A stretch of DNA of 64,000 bases from Candidatus Cloacimonadales bacterium (GTDB lineage: Bacteria; Cloacimonadota; Cloacimonadia; Cloacimonadales; JAFGVF01): NCBI GenBank assembly GCA_963667035.1, contig OY762964.1:192001-256000 (forward strand). The letters are read 5' to 3'. Every line of letters starts with the position of its first letter. Position 1 is the first letter of the stretch. Below are positions 17,275-28,122 of the stretch, one piece after another. The notes beneath the pieces were generated by a model. That model made no database searches, was not told the origin of the DNA, and worked only from the letters and a program-made list of their open reading frames with translations. The position numbers and the translations under genes were made by a program.

Positions 17275-19713
17275 TTGAAAAGATTCTTTTTAGTACTGAT
17301 ATGTTTTGCTTTGTTATTTCCTTTATTTGCTATGACATATTACGTTTCACAAGATGGCACTGCTGATTTCACTACTATTCAAGATGCGATTAATTTTAGC
17401 TCTGATACAGATTATATCATAGTGCATACGGGAAGATATATAGAACAAGTAAACACGAATGGAAAACAGTTAGTACTTGCAAGTATGTATCTCTATGACC
17501 CAAATCCTGACTACATAGAGAATACAATAATTGATGGGAGTAGGCTTTCGTGTATTACAGTTGAGAATGATGAGACAGTACATATAAATGGTTTTACATT
17601 AACAAATAATGAGTTGGAACCATACACTGACTTTTATACATCTGTTGGGGGAGGAGTATGTATTAAAGAGGACTCACATGTAACAATATCAAATTGTGTA
17701 ATCCGAAATTGTACTGCTAAATATGGTGGTGGAATTGGTATGACTCGAGGAGATGGGGCAGTAGAAATATCTAATGTGCAGATTTACCACAATCAGGCAT
17801 TTTATAGAGGTGGAGGAATTTATGTGGATACAGATTTTGAATTCATCTTTAATTCAGAAAACCTCTGTTCTGTCTTTGATAACAATGCAGCTACCGGTAT
17901 GGATATTATGCTATTTGATTATGACGATGATGAAACTTACCCAACAATAGATATAAATCTTGATATCTGTAGTAGAGCAATCGAAGAACCTGATCAATTC
18001 TTTATCGCGACAATGTATGCCCTTGCTGAGATAGATATTCAAAACAGCTACTTCGGAGAGATTGATAGTGATATCTATGTGTCTCCGTTGGGGGATGATG
18101 GCTATTCAGGAATCAATCCATCAGAGCCATTGCAAACTTTGAAGAAAGCCCTTCAGATGATAACTGTCAACCCTGATAACCCAAGAACAATACACCTTGG
18201 GACAGGAGTTTACTCTCAGACATTAAACAACCAAGTGTTTCCCTTAGCAGTTAAATCTAATGTTAGCATTATAGGTGAAGGACCTGAGCAAACGATTCTT
18301 GATGCTGAAGAATCTGCTTCCTTCTTTGGTATACTCAATTCCGAAAACATCAATATCTCAGGTCTTAGTTTAAATAACTCAAAACAAAGAGGAATACATG
18401 CAGTAATTGATTGCGTTGATAGCTCAGACATATCATATTTTAATATAAGTATTAATAATTTAGAATCAATTGGTTTTTTTTTTGATAGAAGTAGTAACAT
18501 TCTAATCTCAAATTGCATTCTTGAAACAGAACCTTCTGATAATAATTCGCTTAATAGTTTTATTGCGAATAGTTGTGATGACATTGTCATTAAAGGGTTT
18601 GTTTCAAAAAACCTTAAGATCACTAATATTGATCATAATGATATTGGAGTAAGATTTCAAGAATGCGATTTAAACATCTCAAATGCCATATTTACAGGTT
18701 GTGAAGCTGATGATGGAGCAATATTTAGTTTTCAGAATGCTTTAAACCCTGAATCAACTAAGCGATTGATAATGAACAATTGCCTTTTCTTTGATAATGA
18801 TGTAGATACTTGGCATTGGACTTTTGCTCCTGTGTATATTCAAGACAGATATCAAACACCGATTGTAACGAATTGTACATTTGCTAATAATAGTGGTAAC
18901 AGTTATTTTGTATATATCATTGGAGAAGTTGAACTCTCTAACTCAATTTTTTATAATCCTAGCTGTTATGGAGAATTGTATCTAAAAAATAGGTATGAGA
19001 ATATTTTTGTTAATCCCCCTGTGACAGTAATAGAAGATGTATATGTAAATAACTGCTCCTTTTCATCAAGTCAACCCTCAAGTACAATACCGGAGCAAGT
19101 ATACTTTACAGATTGCCTATACAATACAGATCCACTCTTTCTTGGTTCTGTTACAGATACTCTTAACATAGAAGATGTAAATTATTATCAACTATCCGAA
19201 AACTCTCCATGCATTGATGCCGGAACTGTAGATACACTTGGATTATACTTACCTGAGATAGACCTTGCGGGAAGACAAAGAGTATGGAATGATATTGTTG
19301 ATATGGGTGTATTTGAATATGGAGCACCGGTATCAATTCAGGATGAGACAAACTTAGTCCCACCTACACATATCCGGCATTCAGTATATCCTAATCCCGT
19401 TAACCTTGTTAAAGGACTTAGTTCATTTGTAAATATTGAATTTTCATTACCAAAGAAACCGATAGAGAGACCAACCTTGGAGATATACAATATCAGAGGG
19501 CAAAAGGTTAGAGATATTAAGATAACTCAGAGTTTCTCACAACTTGTTAGAAGTGCAGGTTTATCATCCGAGGATAAGCAGTCCGGAGAGTATTACTCAC
19601 AAGTATGGGATTGCAAGGATAACAATCGTAAATCTGTAGCCTCCGGAATATACTTCTATAAAGTCAGCTGTGAAGGCAATGAAGCTATTGGTAAGATGAT
19701 GGTGGTGAAGTAG
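17275..19713 (+). CDS. Secreted beta-helix (pectin-lyase-like/DUF1565-like) protein with T9SS-like CTD, paralog 1
   Basis: Start reassigned to the TTG 6 nt after GAGAGG; signal peptide; FTTIQDAI, GGG repeats, IYVSPLGDD, SPCIDAG, DMGVFEY, VYPNP...SGIYFY...KMMVVK. Confidence 0.85.
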   Translation: MKRFFLVLICFALLFPLFAMTYYVSQDGTADFTTIQDAINFSSDTDYIIVHTGRYIEQVNTNGKQLVLASMYLYDPNPDYIENTIIDGSRLSCITVENDETVHINGFTLTNNELEPYTDFYTSVGGGVCIKEDSHVTISNCVIRNCTAKYGGGIGMTRGDGAVEISNVQIYHNQAFYRGGGIYVDTDFEFIFNSENLCSVFDNNAATGMDIMLFDYDDDETYPTIDINLDICSRAIEEPDQFFIATMYALAEIDIQNSYFGEIDSDIYVSPLGDDGYSGINPSEPLQTLKKALQMITVNPDNPRTIHLGTGVYSQTLNNQVFPLAVKSNVSIIGEGPEQTILDAEESASFFGILNSENINISGLSLNNSKQRGIHAVIDCVDSSDISYFNISINNLESIGFFFDRSSNILISNCILETEPSDNNSLNSFIANSCDDIVIKGFVSKNLKITNIDHNDIGVRFQECDLNISNAIFTGCEADDGAIFSFQNALNPESTKRLIMNNCLFFDNDVDTWHWTFAPVYIQDRYQTPIVTNCTFANNSGNSYFVYIIGEVELSNSIFYNPSCYGELYLKNRYENIFVNPPVTVIEDVYVNNCSFSSSQPSSTIPEQVYFTDCLYNTDPLFLGSVTDTLNIEDVNYYQLSENSPCIDAGTVDTLGLYLPEIDLAGRQRVWNDIVDMGVFEYGAPVSIQDETNLVPPTHIRHSVYPNPVNLVKGLSSFVNIEFSLPKKPIERPTLEIYNIRGQKVRDIKITQSFSQLVRSAGLSSEDKQSGEYYSQVWDCKDNNRKSVASGIYFYKVSCEGNEAIGKMMVVK

Positions 19714-19869
19714 TCGCAAATCTGTTTGTAATTTACACAATATTTTTTATAGAAGAGGAAATCTTGACAAAGAAAATGATTTTACTCAAATAAATTGTAA
19801 AGTACATGGGGAAGGGAAACCTTCCCCATATTTCTCTATGTTATTAAGAAACAAGATGAGAGGTTGTTT

Positions 19870-22317
19870 TTGAAAAGATTCTTTTTAGTACTGATATGTT
19901 TTGCTTTGTTACTTCCTTTATTTGCTATGACATATTACGTTTCACAAGATGGCACTGCCGACTTCACAACAATTCAAGAAGCAATTGATTTTAGCTCTGA
20001 TACAGATTATATCATAGTGCATCCGGGAAGATATATAGAACAAGTAAACACGAATGGAAAACAGTTAGTACTTGCAAGTATGTATCTCTATGACCCAAAT
20101 CCTGACTACATAGAGAATACAGTTATTGATGGTTATTGGCAATCTTGTATCACAGTTGAGAATAATGAGACAGTGCATATCAACGGATTTACACTTACAA
20201 ACAATGAGCATGAACCTAATACCGGATATGACGCATCTATTGGTGGAGGAGTATGTATTAAAGAGGACTCAAATGTAACAATAAGAAATTGTGTTATTAG
20301 AAATTGTACTGCTCGCCATGGTGGAGGAATAGGAATGACAAGTGGAGAAGGAAGAGTGGAGATTTCAAATGTAAAGATTTTTAACAATCAAGCTTTCTAT
20401 AGAGGAGGTGGTATATATATTGACACTGATTTTGAATTTATCTTTGACTCAGAGAACCTATGCTCTGTTTATGACAATAATGCCGCAACCGGTATGGATA
20501 TAATGCTCTTCGACTGGGATGAAGATTATGAGAGTAGTGAGAACTTCCCAACTATTGAAATAAACTTAGATGTTTGTAGTAGAGCAATCGAAGAGCCTGA
20601 TCAGTTCTTCATTGCTACTATGTTTGCTCTAGCTGAGATTAATATTCAAAATAGCTATTTCGTAGAAATCGATGGTGATATCTATGTATCACCATTGGGT
20701 GATGATAACAATTCGGGAACTAATCCTTCAGAACCTTTTCAAACTTTGAAGAAAGCACTTCAGATGATTACTAACAATCCTGATAATCCAAGAGCGATTT
20801 ATCTTGCTTCTGGGGTTTACTCTCAATCAATGAACAATCAAATGTTTCCATTAGCTATCAAATCCAATGTAAGTATCATTGGAGCAGGAGCTGAGCAAAC
20901 AATCCTTGATGCTGAAGAAACTGCTTCATTTTTCGGTATATTGTATTCTGAAAACATCAATGTTTCAGGTATGAGTTTAAACAATTCGGAACAGAGTTTT
21001 ATACTTGCAGTGATTGAATGTTATGGTTCAGAAAATCTCAGATTCGAAGATCTAGCTATTAATAATTTTGAGTACTGTGCACTTACATTTATTTTGAGTT
21101 CAGATGTTATGATTCATAATATATACGCTGAGACTTCGTATACTTCTAGAGATATTTTGAGTGTTTTAGGAGATCATTCGAGGGACATATTAATTGAAGG
21201 CTTTATCTCAAAAGGTTTTGCTCTCAATGATAATGAAGATAATCAAGTAGGAATGAGGTTTCAAGAATGTGATTTAAATATCTCAAATGCCATATTTACA
21301 GGTTGTGAAGCAGATGATGGTGAGATTTTTGGATTTCAGAATGCTTTAAACCCGGAATCAACTAGGCGATTGATAATGAACAATTGCCTTTTCTTTGATA
21401 ATGATGTAGATACTTGGCATTGGACTTTTGCTCCTGTGTATATTCAAGACAGATATCAAACTCCGATTGTAACGAATTGTACATTTGCTAATAATAGAGG
21501 TAACAGTTTTTTTGTATATATCATTGGAGAAGTTGAACTCTCTAACTCAATTTTTTATAATCCTAGCTGTTATGGAGAATTGTATCTAAAAAATAGGTAT
21601 GAGAATATCTTTGTTAATCCCCCTGTGACAGTAATAGAAGATGTATATGTAAATAACTGCTCCTTTTCATCAAGTCAACCCTCAAGTACAATACCGGAGC
21701 AAGTATACTTTACAGATTGCCTATACAATACTGATCCGTTATTTCTTGGATCATTAACGGATACTCTTAGTATTGAAGATATTGATTACTATCAATTGTC
21801 TGCAAATTCTCCATGCATAGATTCAGGGACTGTAGATACACTCGGTCTTTATTTACCTGATACAGATCTTGCCGGAGGACAGAGAGTATGGAATGATATT
21901 GTTGATATGGGTGTATTTGAATATGGAGCACCGGTATCAATTCAGGATGAGACAAACTTAGTCCCACCTACACATATCCGGCATTCAGTATATCCTAATC
22001 CCGTTAACCTTGTTAAAGGACTTAGTTCATTTGTAAATATTGAATTTTCATTACCAAAGAAACCGATAGAGAGACCAACCTTGGAGATATACAATATCAG
22101 AGGGCAAAAGGTTAGAGATATTAAGATAACTCAGAGTTTCTCACAACTTGTTAGAAGTGCAGGTTTATCATCCGAGGATAAGCAGTCCGGAGAGTATTAC
22201 TCACAAGTATGGGATTGCAAGGATAACAATCGTAAATCTGTAGCCTCCGGAATATACTTCTATAAAGTCAGCTGTGAAGGCAATGAAGCTATTGGTAAGA
22301 TGATGGTGGTGAAGTAG
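19870..22317 (+). CDS. Secreted beta-helix protein with T9SS-like CTD, paralog 2
   Basis: Same architecture as paralog 1; 3-aa insertion. Confidence 0.85.
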   Translation: MKRFFLVLICFALLLPLFAMTYYVSQDGTADFTTIQEAIDFSSDTDYIIVHPGRYIEQVNTNGKQLVLASMYLYDPNPDYIENTVIDGYWQSCITVENNETVHINGFTLTNNEHEPNTGYDASIGGGVCIKEDSNVTIRNCVIRNCTARHGGGIGMTSGEGRVEISNVKIFNNQAFYRGGGIYIDTDFEFIFDSENLCSVYDNNAATGMDIMLFDWDEDYESSENFPTIEINLDVCSRAIEEPDQFFIATMFALAEINIQNSYFVEIDGDIYVSPLGDDNNSGTNPSEPFQTLKKALQMITNNPDNPRAIYLASGVYSQSMNNQMFPLAIKSNVSIIGAGAEQTILDAEETASFFGILYSENINVSGMSLNNSEQSFILAVIECYGSENLRFEDLAINNFEYCALTFILSSDVMIHNIYAETSYTSRDILSVLGDHSRDILIEGFISKGFALNDNEDNQVGMRFQECDLNISNAIFTGCEADDGEIFGFQNALNPESTRRLIMNNCLFFDNDVDTWHWTFAPVYIQDRYQTPIVTNCTFANNRGNSFFVYIIGEVELSNSIFYNPSCYGELYLKNRYENIFVNPPVTVIEDVYVNNCSFSSSQPSSTIPEQVYFTDCLYNTDPLFLGSLTDTLSIEDIDYYQLSANSPCIDSGTVDTLGLYLPDTDLAGGQRVWNDIVDMGVFEYGAPVSIQDETNLVPPTHIRHSVYPNPVNLVKGLSSFVNIEFSLPKKPIERPTLEIYNIRGQKVRDIKITQSFSQLVRSAGLSSEDKQSGEYYSQVWDCKDNNRKSVASGIYFYKVSCEGNEAIGKMMVVK

Positions 22318-22473
22318 TCGCAAATCTGTTTGTAATTTACACAATATTTTTTATAGAAGAGGAAATCTTGACAAAGAAAATGATTTTACTCAAATAAATT
22401 GTAAAGTACATGGGGAAGGGAAACCTTCCCCATATTTCTCTATGTTATTAAGAAACAAGATGAGAGGTTGTTT

Positions 22474-24912
22474 TTGAAAAGATTCTTTTTAGTACTGATA
22501 TGTTTTGCTTTGTTACTTCCTTTATTTGCTATGACATATTACGTTTCACAAGATGGCACTGCCGACTTCACAACAATTCAAGAAGCAATTGATTTTAGCT
22601 CTGATACAGATTATATCATAGTGCATCCGGGAAGATATATAGAACAAGTAAACACGAATGGAAAACAGTTAGTACTTGCAAGTATGTATCTCTATGACCC
22701 AAATCCTGACTACATAGAGAATACAGTTATTGATGGTTATTGGCAATCTTGTATCACAGTTGAGAATAATGAGACAGTGCATATCAACGGATTTACGCTT
22801 ACTAATAATGAACATGAACCTAATACAGGATATGATTTAACCATAGGTGGAGGAGTTTGTGTTAAGGAAGACTCGAATGTAACTATATCGAATTGTATAA
22901 TTAGAAATTGTACAGCAAATTATGGTGGTGGTATTGGTGTTGGAAGAGGAGATGGTAGAGTCGAAATATCTAGTTTACAGATTTATAACAATCAAGCTTT
23001 CTACAGAGGTGGTGGAATATTTGTTGATACTGATTTTGAGTTTATCTTTAATTCAGAAAACCTCTGTTCTGTCTTTGATAACAATGCAGCTAATGGTATG
23101 GATATTATGCTATTCGATTGGGATGAAGATGAAACTTTTCCAACAATAGATATAAATCTTGATATCTGTAGTAGAGCAATCGAAGAACCTGATCAATTCT
23201 TTATCGCGACAATGTATGCCCTTGCTGAGATAGATATTCAAAACAGCTACTTCGGAGAGATTGATAGTGATATCTATGTGTCTCCGTTGGGGGATGATGG
23301 CTATTCAGGAATCAATCCCGCAGAACCTTTTCAAACTTTGAAGAAAGCCCTTCAGATGATAACTGTCAACCCTGATAACCCAAGAACAATACACCTTGCA
23401 CCTGGAGGTTATTCACAGACTTTGAATAATCAAGTATTTCCCTTAGCAGCGAAATCTAATGTCAGTATCATTGGAGAAGGGCCTGAACAAACGATTCTTG
23501 ATGCTGAGGAATCTGCTTCTTTCTTTGGAATACTCTATTCCGAAAACATCAATATCTCAGGTCTTAGTTTAAACAATTCTGAACAAAGAGGTATTAGTGC
23601 AGTAATTGAATGCATTGAAAGTTCAAATTTGTTTTACAATGATATAATTATCAATAATTTCGAATCAACATGCTTTAATATTGCTAGAAGTAGTAACATT
23701 TACTTTACCAATTGCATCTTTGAAACTGAACCAACTGATAGTAATTCACCGAGAAGCATAATGGCAAATGATTGTGACAATGTTATTGTAAATGGTTATA
23801 TATCTAATAATTTCATTATTACCAATATTGATTATAACGAAGTAGGTGTATTGTTTCAGGAAAGTGATTTAAACATCTCTAATGCGATTTTTACAGGTTG
23901 CGAAGCTGATGACGGTGTTATTTTTAGTTTTCAGAATGCTTTATATCCGGAATCAACTAGGCGATTGATAATGAAAAATTGCCTTTTCTTTGATAATGAT
24001 GTAGATACTTGGCATTGGACTTTTGCTCCTGTGTATATTCAAGACAGATATCAAACTCCGATTGTAACGAATTGTACATTTGCTAATAATAGTGGTAACA
24101 GTTATTTTGTATATATCATTGGAGAAGTTGAACTCTCTAACTCAATTTTTTATAATCCTAGCTGTTATGGAGAATTGTATCTAAAAAATAGGTATGAGAA
24201 TATCTTTGTTAATCCCCCTGTGACAGTAATAGAAGATGTATACGTAAATAACTGCTCCTTTTCATCAAGCCAACCCTCAAGTACGATACCGGAGCAAGTA
24301 TACTTTACAGATTGCCTATACAATACTGATCCGTTATTTCTTGGATCATTAACGGATACTCTTAGTATTGAAGATATTGATTACTATCAATTGTCTGCAA
24401 ATTCTCCATGCATAGATTCAGGGACTGTAGATACACTCGGTCTTTATTTACCTGATACAGATCTTGCCGGAGGACAGAGAGTATGGAATGATATTGTTGA
24501 TATGGGTGTATTTGAATATGGAGCACCGGTATCAATTCAGGATGAGACAAACTTAGTCCCACCTACACATATCCGGCATTCAGTATATCCTAATCCCATT
24601 AATCTTGTTAAAGGACTTAGTTCATTTGTAAATATTGAATTTTCATTACCAAAGAAACCGATAGAGAGACCAACCTTGGAGATATACAATATCAGAGGGC
24701 AAAAGGTTAGAGATATTAAGATAACTCAGAGTTTCTCACAGTTAGTCAGAAGTGCAGGTTTATCATCCGAGGATAAGCAATCCGGAGAGTATTACTCACA
24801 AGTATGGGATTGCAAGGATAATAATCGTAAGCCTGTAGCCGCCGGAATATACTTCTATAAAGTTAGCTGTGAAGGCAATGAAGCTATTGGTAAGATGATG
24901 GTGGTGAAATAA
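22474..24912 (+). CDS. Secreted beta-helix protein with T9SS-like CTD, paralog 3
   Basis: Same architecture; contains patches identical to paralog 1 and to paralog 2. Confidence 0.85.
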   Translation: MKRFFLVLICFALLLPLFAMTYYVSQDGTADFTTIQEAIDFSSDTDYIIVHPGRYIEQVNTNGKQLVLASMYLYDPNPDYIENTVIDGYWQSCITVENNETVHINGFTLTNNEHEPNTGYDLTIGGGVCVKEDSNVTISNCIIRNCTANYGGGIGVGRGDGRVEISSLQIYNNQAFYRGGGIFVDTDFEFIFNSENLCSVFDNNAANGMDIMLFDWDEDETFPTIDINLDICSRAIEEPDQFFIATMYALAEIDIQNSYFGEIDSDIYVSPLGDDGYSGINPAEPFQTLKKALQMITVNPDNPRTIHLAPGGYSQTLNNQVFPLAAKSNVSIIGEGPEQTILDAEESASFFGILYSENINISGLSLNNSEQRGISAVIECIESSNLFYNDIIINNFESTCFNIARSSNIYFTNCIFETEPTDSNSPRSIMANDCDNVIVNGYISNNFIITNIDYNEVGVLFQESDLNISNAIFTGCEADDGVIFSFQNALYPESTRRLIMKNCLFFDNDVDTWHWTFAPVYIQDRYQTPIVTNCTFANNSGNSYFVYIIGEVELSNSIFYNPSCYGELYLKNRYENIFVNPPVTVIEDVYVNNCSFSSSQPSSTIPEQVYFTDCLYNTDPLFLGSLTDTLSIEDIDYYQLSANSPCIDSGTVDTLGLYLPDTDLAGGQRVWNDIVDMGVFEYGAPVSIQDETNLVPPTHIRHSVYPNPINLVKGLSSFVNIEFSLPKKPIERPTLEIYNIRGQKVRDIKITQSFSQLVRSAGLSSEDKQSGEYYSQVWDCKDNNRKPVAAGIYFYKVSCEGNEAIGKMMVVK

Positions 24913-25083
24913 GCATAGGAATGCATAGAATACTTTGAAATTAACATTGTAGTAAAGAGAAGTAACAAATTATAGGTTGTCAGGGTAAAAATGGGAGCAA
25001 TCAATTAGCATATTTTGGAATAGAAAAATTACGATATACAATTTAATGAAAATCATAAAGTTAGATATCAAAACAAAAAGTGT

Positions 25084-25382
25084 TTGACAGAATGTAAGTG
25101 TCATGGATTTTGGTCAGACTTGAATTAATAAAATCACTCCGGTGACGACCCGAAGTCTCCGGGGAAAGGAAAAGCCCGATAGGAAAAAGGCTTATAGATC
25201 TCAGGAAATAGTGATGATTTTTAAACAAAATCAACGCATTACAACCGTTCATTGGAACGGTCCTGACAAATAGCTTAACAAAGCACGATCTGCCCATATT
25301 CTATCAAACCTGCGTCCTCTTGACTCGGGAATAAAGCAGCCTAAGAGGATGTCGCTCACAATGTAAAAGTTGGAGGTTTAAG
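25084..25382 (+). promoter_or_regulatory. S10 operon promoter region and structured leader
   Basis: TTGACA at 25084; ~270-nt untranslated stretch with several stems before the rpsJ SD (GGAGG). Confidence 0.55.
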
Positions 25383-25697
25383 GTGAGTAATAATGATCGT
25401 ATCAGAATCAAGCTTAAAGCGTATGACCATCGCTTGCTTGATCAATCTGTTGCAGAGATTGTAAAGAGTACTAAAAGTACCGGTGCAAAGATTATGGGTC
25501 CAATCCCATTGCCAACAGACCGCACCCTTTACACTATTCTGCGCTCTCCTCACGTGAATAAGAAGTCTAGAGACCAGTTCCAAATGCTGGTTCATAAGAG
25601 ACTGGTTGATATTGTTAACCCAACTCCTCAGACCACGAAGGCACTGAAGAAATTAAGTCTTCCTGCCGGTGTTCACGTAGAGATTAAAGCGAAATAA
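25383..25697 (+). CDS. rpsJ: 30S ribosomal protein S10
   Basis: [35 protein letters not shown] start. Confidence 0.98.
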   Translation: MSNNDRIRIKLKAYDHRLLDQSVAEIVKSTKSTGAKIMGPIPLPTDRTLYTILRSPHVNKKSRDQFQMLVHKRLVDIVNPTPQTTKALKKLSLPAGVHVEIKAK

Positions 25698-25711
25698 CTA
25701 AGGAGACAGTA

Positions 25712-26335
25712 ATGGTTGGATTAATAGGTAAAAAGATTGGGATGACTCAGATCTTCACAGAAGAAGGTAAGATAATTCCTGTAACCCTTATCCAGGCCGG
25801 ACCTTGCAGTGTCGTTAACAAAAGAACACAGGAGAAGGATGGCTACATAGCGATTCAGCTCGGTTATGAAACACTGAAAGAAAAAAAGCTTAACAAGCCA
25901 ATGGCCGGCTATTTTAAAAAATACGGTTCACCTGCATTTCGTTATTTGCATGAATTTCGTTTAAAGAATCTTGTAGATGTTAATCTGCAGGATGTATTCA
26001 AAGTTGACCTGTTCCAGGAAAATGAACTTGTAGATGTTGTTGGTACATCTAAGGGTCGTGGTTTTTCCGGTGTTATGAAACGCCATGGTTTCCACGGCTT
26101 CATGTCTTCGCATGGTGTTCATGAGTCCTACAGAGGACCGGGTTCTATCGGACAGTGTGCTACTCCTGCACGTGTATTGAAGGGTCTTAAAATGGCCGGA
26201 CACATGGGTGTTGATAGAGTAACTGTCAAAAACTTGAAAGTTGTTAAAGTTGACGCAGAGAATAACCTTATTATGCTGAAGGGTGCAGTTCCCGGTCATC
26301 GTAACAGCCTTATCTACATCAAGAAAGCTAAATAA
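25712..26335 (+). CDS. rplC: 50S ribosomal protein L3
   Basis: GKKIGMTQIF, GTSKGRGF, KGAVPG; operon order. Confidence 0.98.
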   Translation: MVGLIGKKIGMTQIFTEEGKIIPVTLIQAGPCSVVNKRTQEKDGYIAIQLGYETLKEKKLNKPMAGYFKKYGSPAFRYLHEFRLKNLVDVNLQDVFKVDLFQENELVDVVGTSKGRGFSGVMKRHGFHGFMSSHGVHESYRGPGSIGQCATPARVLKGLKMAGHMGVDRVTVKNLKVVKVDAENNLIMLKGAVPGHRNSLIYIKKAK

Positions 26336-26350
26336 TGCAGGAGAGATATA

Positions 26351-26986
26351 ATGTTAGAAGCAATTAAATATTCTGCATCAGGCGAACAGAAAGGTAAAGT
26401 GGAACTTCCTGCAGCTTTATTCGAAGCTGAGTCAAAAAATCCGGAAGCTCTTCTGCACGAAATAATTAAAATGTATCTCGCAAACCAGCGTCAAGGTACT
26501 GTTGCTAAGAAAAATCGTGCTCTAGTACAGGGTAGCGGTAAGAAGCTTTTTAAACAGAAAGGTACCGGTAATGCACGCGTTGGTAACAAGCGTACAGTTG
26601 TTCGTCGTGGTGGTGGTATGGCCTTTGGTATCGATCCTAAGAACTGGTATCGTCATATTCCTAAGAAGAAGAAAAGACTTGCTCTTAAGCTTGCTTTAAC
26701 AGCAAAAGCTCAAGACAGCAAGGTGTATATCATTGAAGACCTTAAGTTTGAGAAGCCAAGCACAAAAATGGCTAAAGAGCTTCTTTATAAATTCGCTCCA
26801 AAGAATGAGAGAATATTATTGGTAACCGAAGGTCATGACAAGGCTGTTGTAAAGTCATTCTTAAATCTTCCAAGAGTAGAAGCTGATCGTGCAGATGGCT
26901 TATACGCATACGAAGTTATAAAATGCAAACACCTTGTAATCACAGAATCTGCACTTAATAAAATGGTGGAGGTCTTCGAAAAATGA
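26351..26986 (+). CDS. rplD: 50S ribosomal protein L4
   Basis: RQGT, KQKGTGNARVG, RGGG; operon order. Confidence 0.97.
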   Translation: MLEAIKYSASGEQKGKVELPAALFEAESKNPEALLHEIIKMYLANQRQGTVAKKNRALVQGSGKKLFKQKGTGNARVGNKRTVVRRGGGMAFGIDPKNWYRHIPKKKKRLALKLALTAKAQDSKVYIIEDLKFEKPSTKMAKELLYKFAPKNERILLVTEGHDKAVVKSFLNLPRVEADRADGLYAYEVIKCKHLVITESALNKMVEVFEK

Positions 26987-27270
26987 TACATCCAAGAGAA
27001 ATAATCATTGCCCCTATCATAACTGAAAAAAGCAGTTTGATTAAAGAAAGTCAGAACAGCTACACTTTCAAAGTTAGCATCAATGCTAATAAGATTGAAA
27101 TCAGAAAAGTTATTGAACAGATTTTTAACGTGAAAGTTGTAAGTGTTAATACAATAAAGTACAAAGGTAAGCCTAAGAGATTAGGTCGTTATGCCGGAAA
27201 AAGAGCGGACTGGAAGAAAGCAATTGTAACACTTGCTGAAGGCCAGACTATTCCGGACTTTGAGTTATAA
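26983..27270 (+). CDS. rplW: 50S ribosomal protein L23
   Basis: PIITEKS, ANKIEI, WKKAIVTL. Confidence 0.97.
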   Translation: MIHPREIIIAPIITEKSSLIKESQNSYTFKVSINANKIEIRKVIEQIFNVKVVSVNTIKYKGKPKRLGRYAGKRADWKKAIVTLAEGQTIPDFEL

Positions 27271-27282
27271 TGAGGAGTTAAA

Positions 27283-28113
27283 ATGGGAATTAAACATTAT
27301 AAACCGGTAACACCGACTCAAAGATTTAAAACAGGTTATACATTTGAAGAGATTACTACTTCAACACCTGAAAAATCACTCCTTGCCCCTCTTAGAAAAA
27401 CCGGTGGCCGTAACAACCAGGGACGCATAACTTGTCGTCATCGTGGTGGTGGTCACAGACGTCACTATAGAATTATTGATTTCAAGCGTAACAAGTATGG
27501 TATTCCTGCAACTGTTGCTACTGTTGAGTATGATCCTAACAGAACAGCTAGAATCGCTTTGCTTCATTATGCTGATGGTGAGAAAAGATATATTATAGCT
27601 CCGGACGGAATCAAAGTCGGAATGAAATTAATGAGTGGTCCTGAAGCTGAATTCTCAGTAGGAAACGCATTACCATTAGATCGTATTCCATTAGGTTCTG
27701 TTGTACATAACATTGAGCTTAAAAGAGGAAAAGGCGGACAGATAGCTCGTTCTGCCGGATCATCTGCTCAAGTTGTTGCAAAAGACGGAGACTATGTTCA
27801 TATTAAAATGCCTTCAAATGATGTGCATCTTATTCGTAAAGAATGCTATGCTACAATGGGTCAGGTTTCAAATATTGAACATAACCTGATAAAACTTGGT
27901 AAAGCCGGTCGCAAAAGATGGATGGGTATCAGACCTACAGTTCGTGGTGTTGTTATGAACCCTGTAGACCATCCCATGGGTGGTGGTGAAGCCAAAACTT
28001 CCGGTGGTGGACATCCAAGATCTCCTTGGGGTAAACTCGCTAAAGGCGGAAAGACCCGTAAAACAAGGAAATACTCAGATAAGTACATCATTAAGGCTAA
28101 TAAGAAGAAGTAG
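27283..28113 (+). CDS. rplB: 50S ribosomal protein L2
   Basis: [34 protein letters not shown]. Confidence 0.99.
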   Translation: MGIKHYKPVTPTQRFKTGYTFEEITTSTPEKSLLAPLRKTGGRNNQGRITCRHRGGGHRRHYRIIDFKRNKYGIPATVATVEYDPNRTARIALLHYADGEKRYIIAPDGIKVGMKLMSGPEAEFSVGNALPLDRIPLGSVVHNIELKRGKGGQIARSAGSSAQVVAKDGDYVHIKMPSNDVHLIRKECYATMGQVSNIEHNLIKLGKAGRKRWMGIRPTVRGVVMNPVDHPMGGGEAKTSGGGHPRSPWGKLAKGGKTRKTRKYSDKYIIKANKKK

Positions 28114-28122
28114 GAGGAACTA

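Larger units (their letters stand above)
17169..24909 (+). repeat. Tandem triplication of a ~2.6-kb unit
   Basis: Units start at TTGACAAAGAAAATGATTTTACTCAAATAA at 17169, 19764 and 22368 (periods 2595 and 2604 bp). Confidence 0.95.

Noticed and set aside
17275..24912. Diversity-generating retroelement acting on the paralogs
   Set aside because: No reverse transcriptase in the window; differences are block-wise, often synonymous and not adenine-specific; the C-termini are the conserved part
25310..25350. HDV-like/theta ribozyme (CTAA before the closing helix)
   Set aside because: I could not build P3/L3, P1.1 or P4; kept only as a simple pseudoknot candidate
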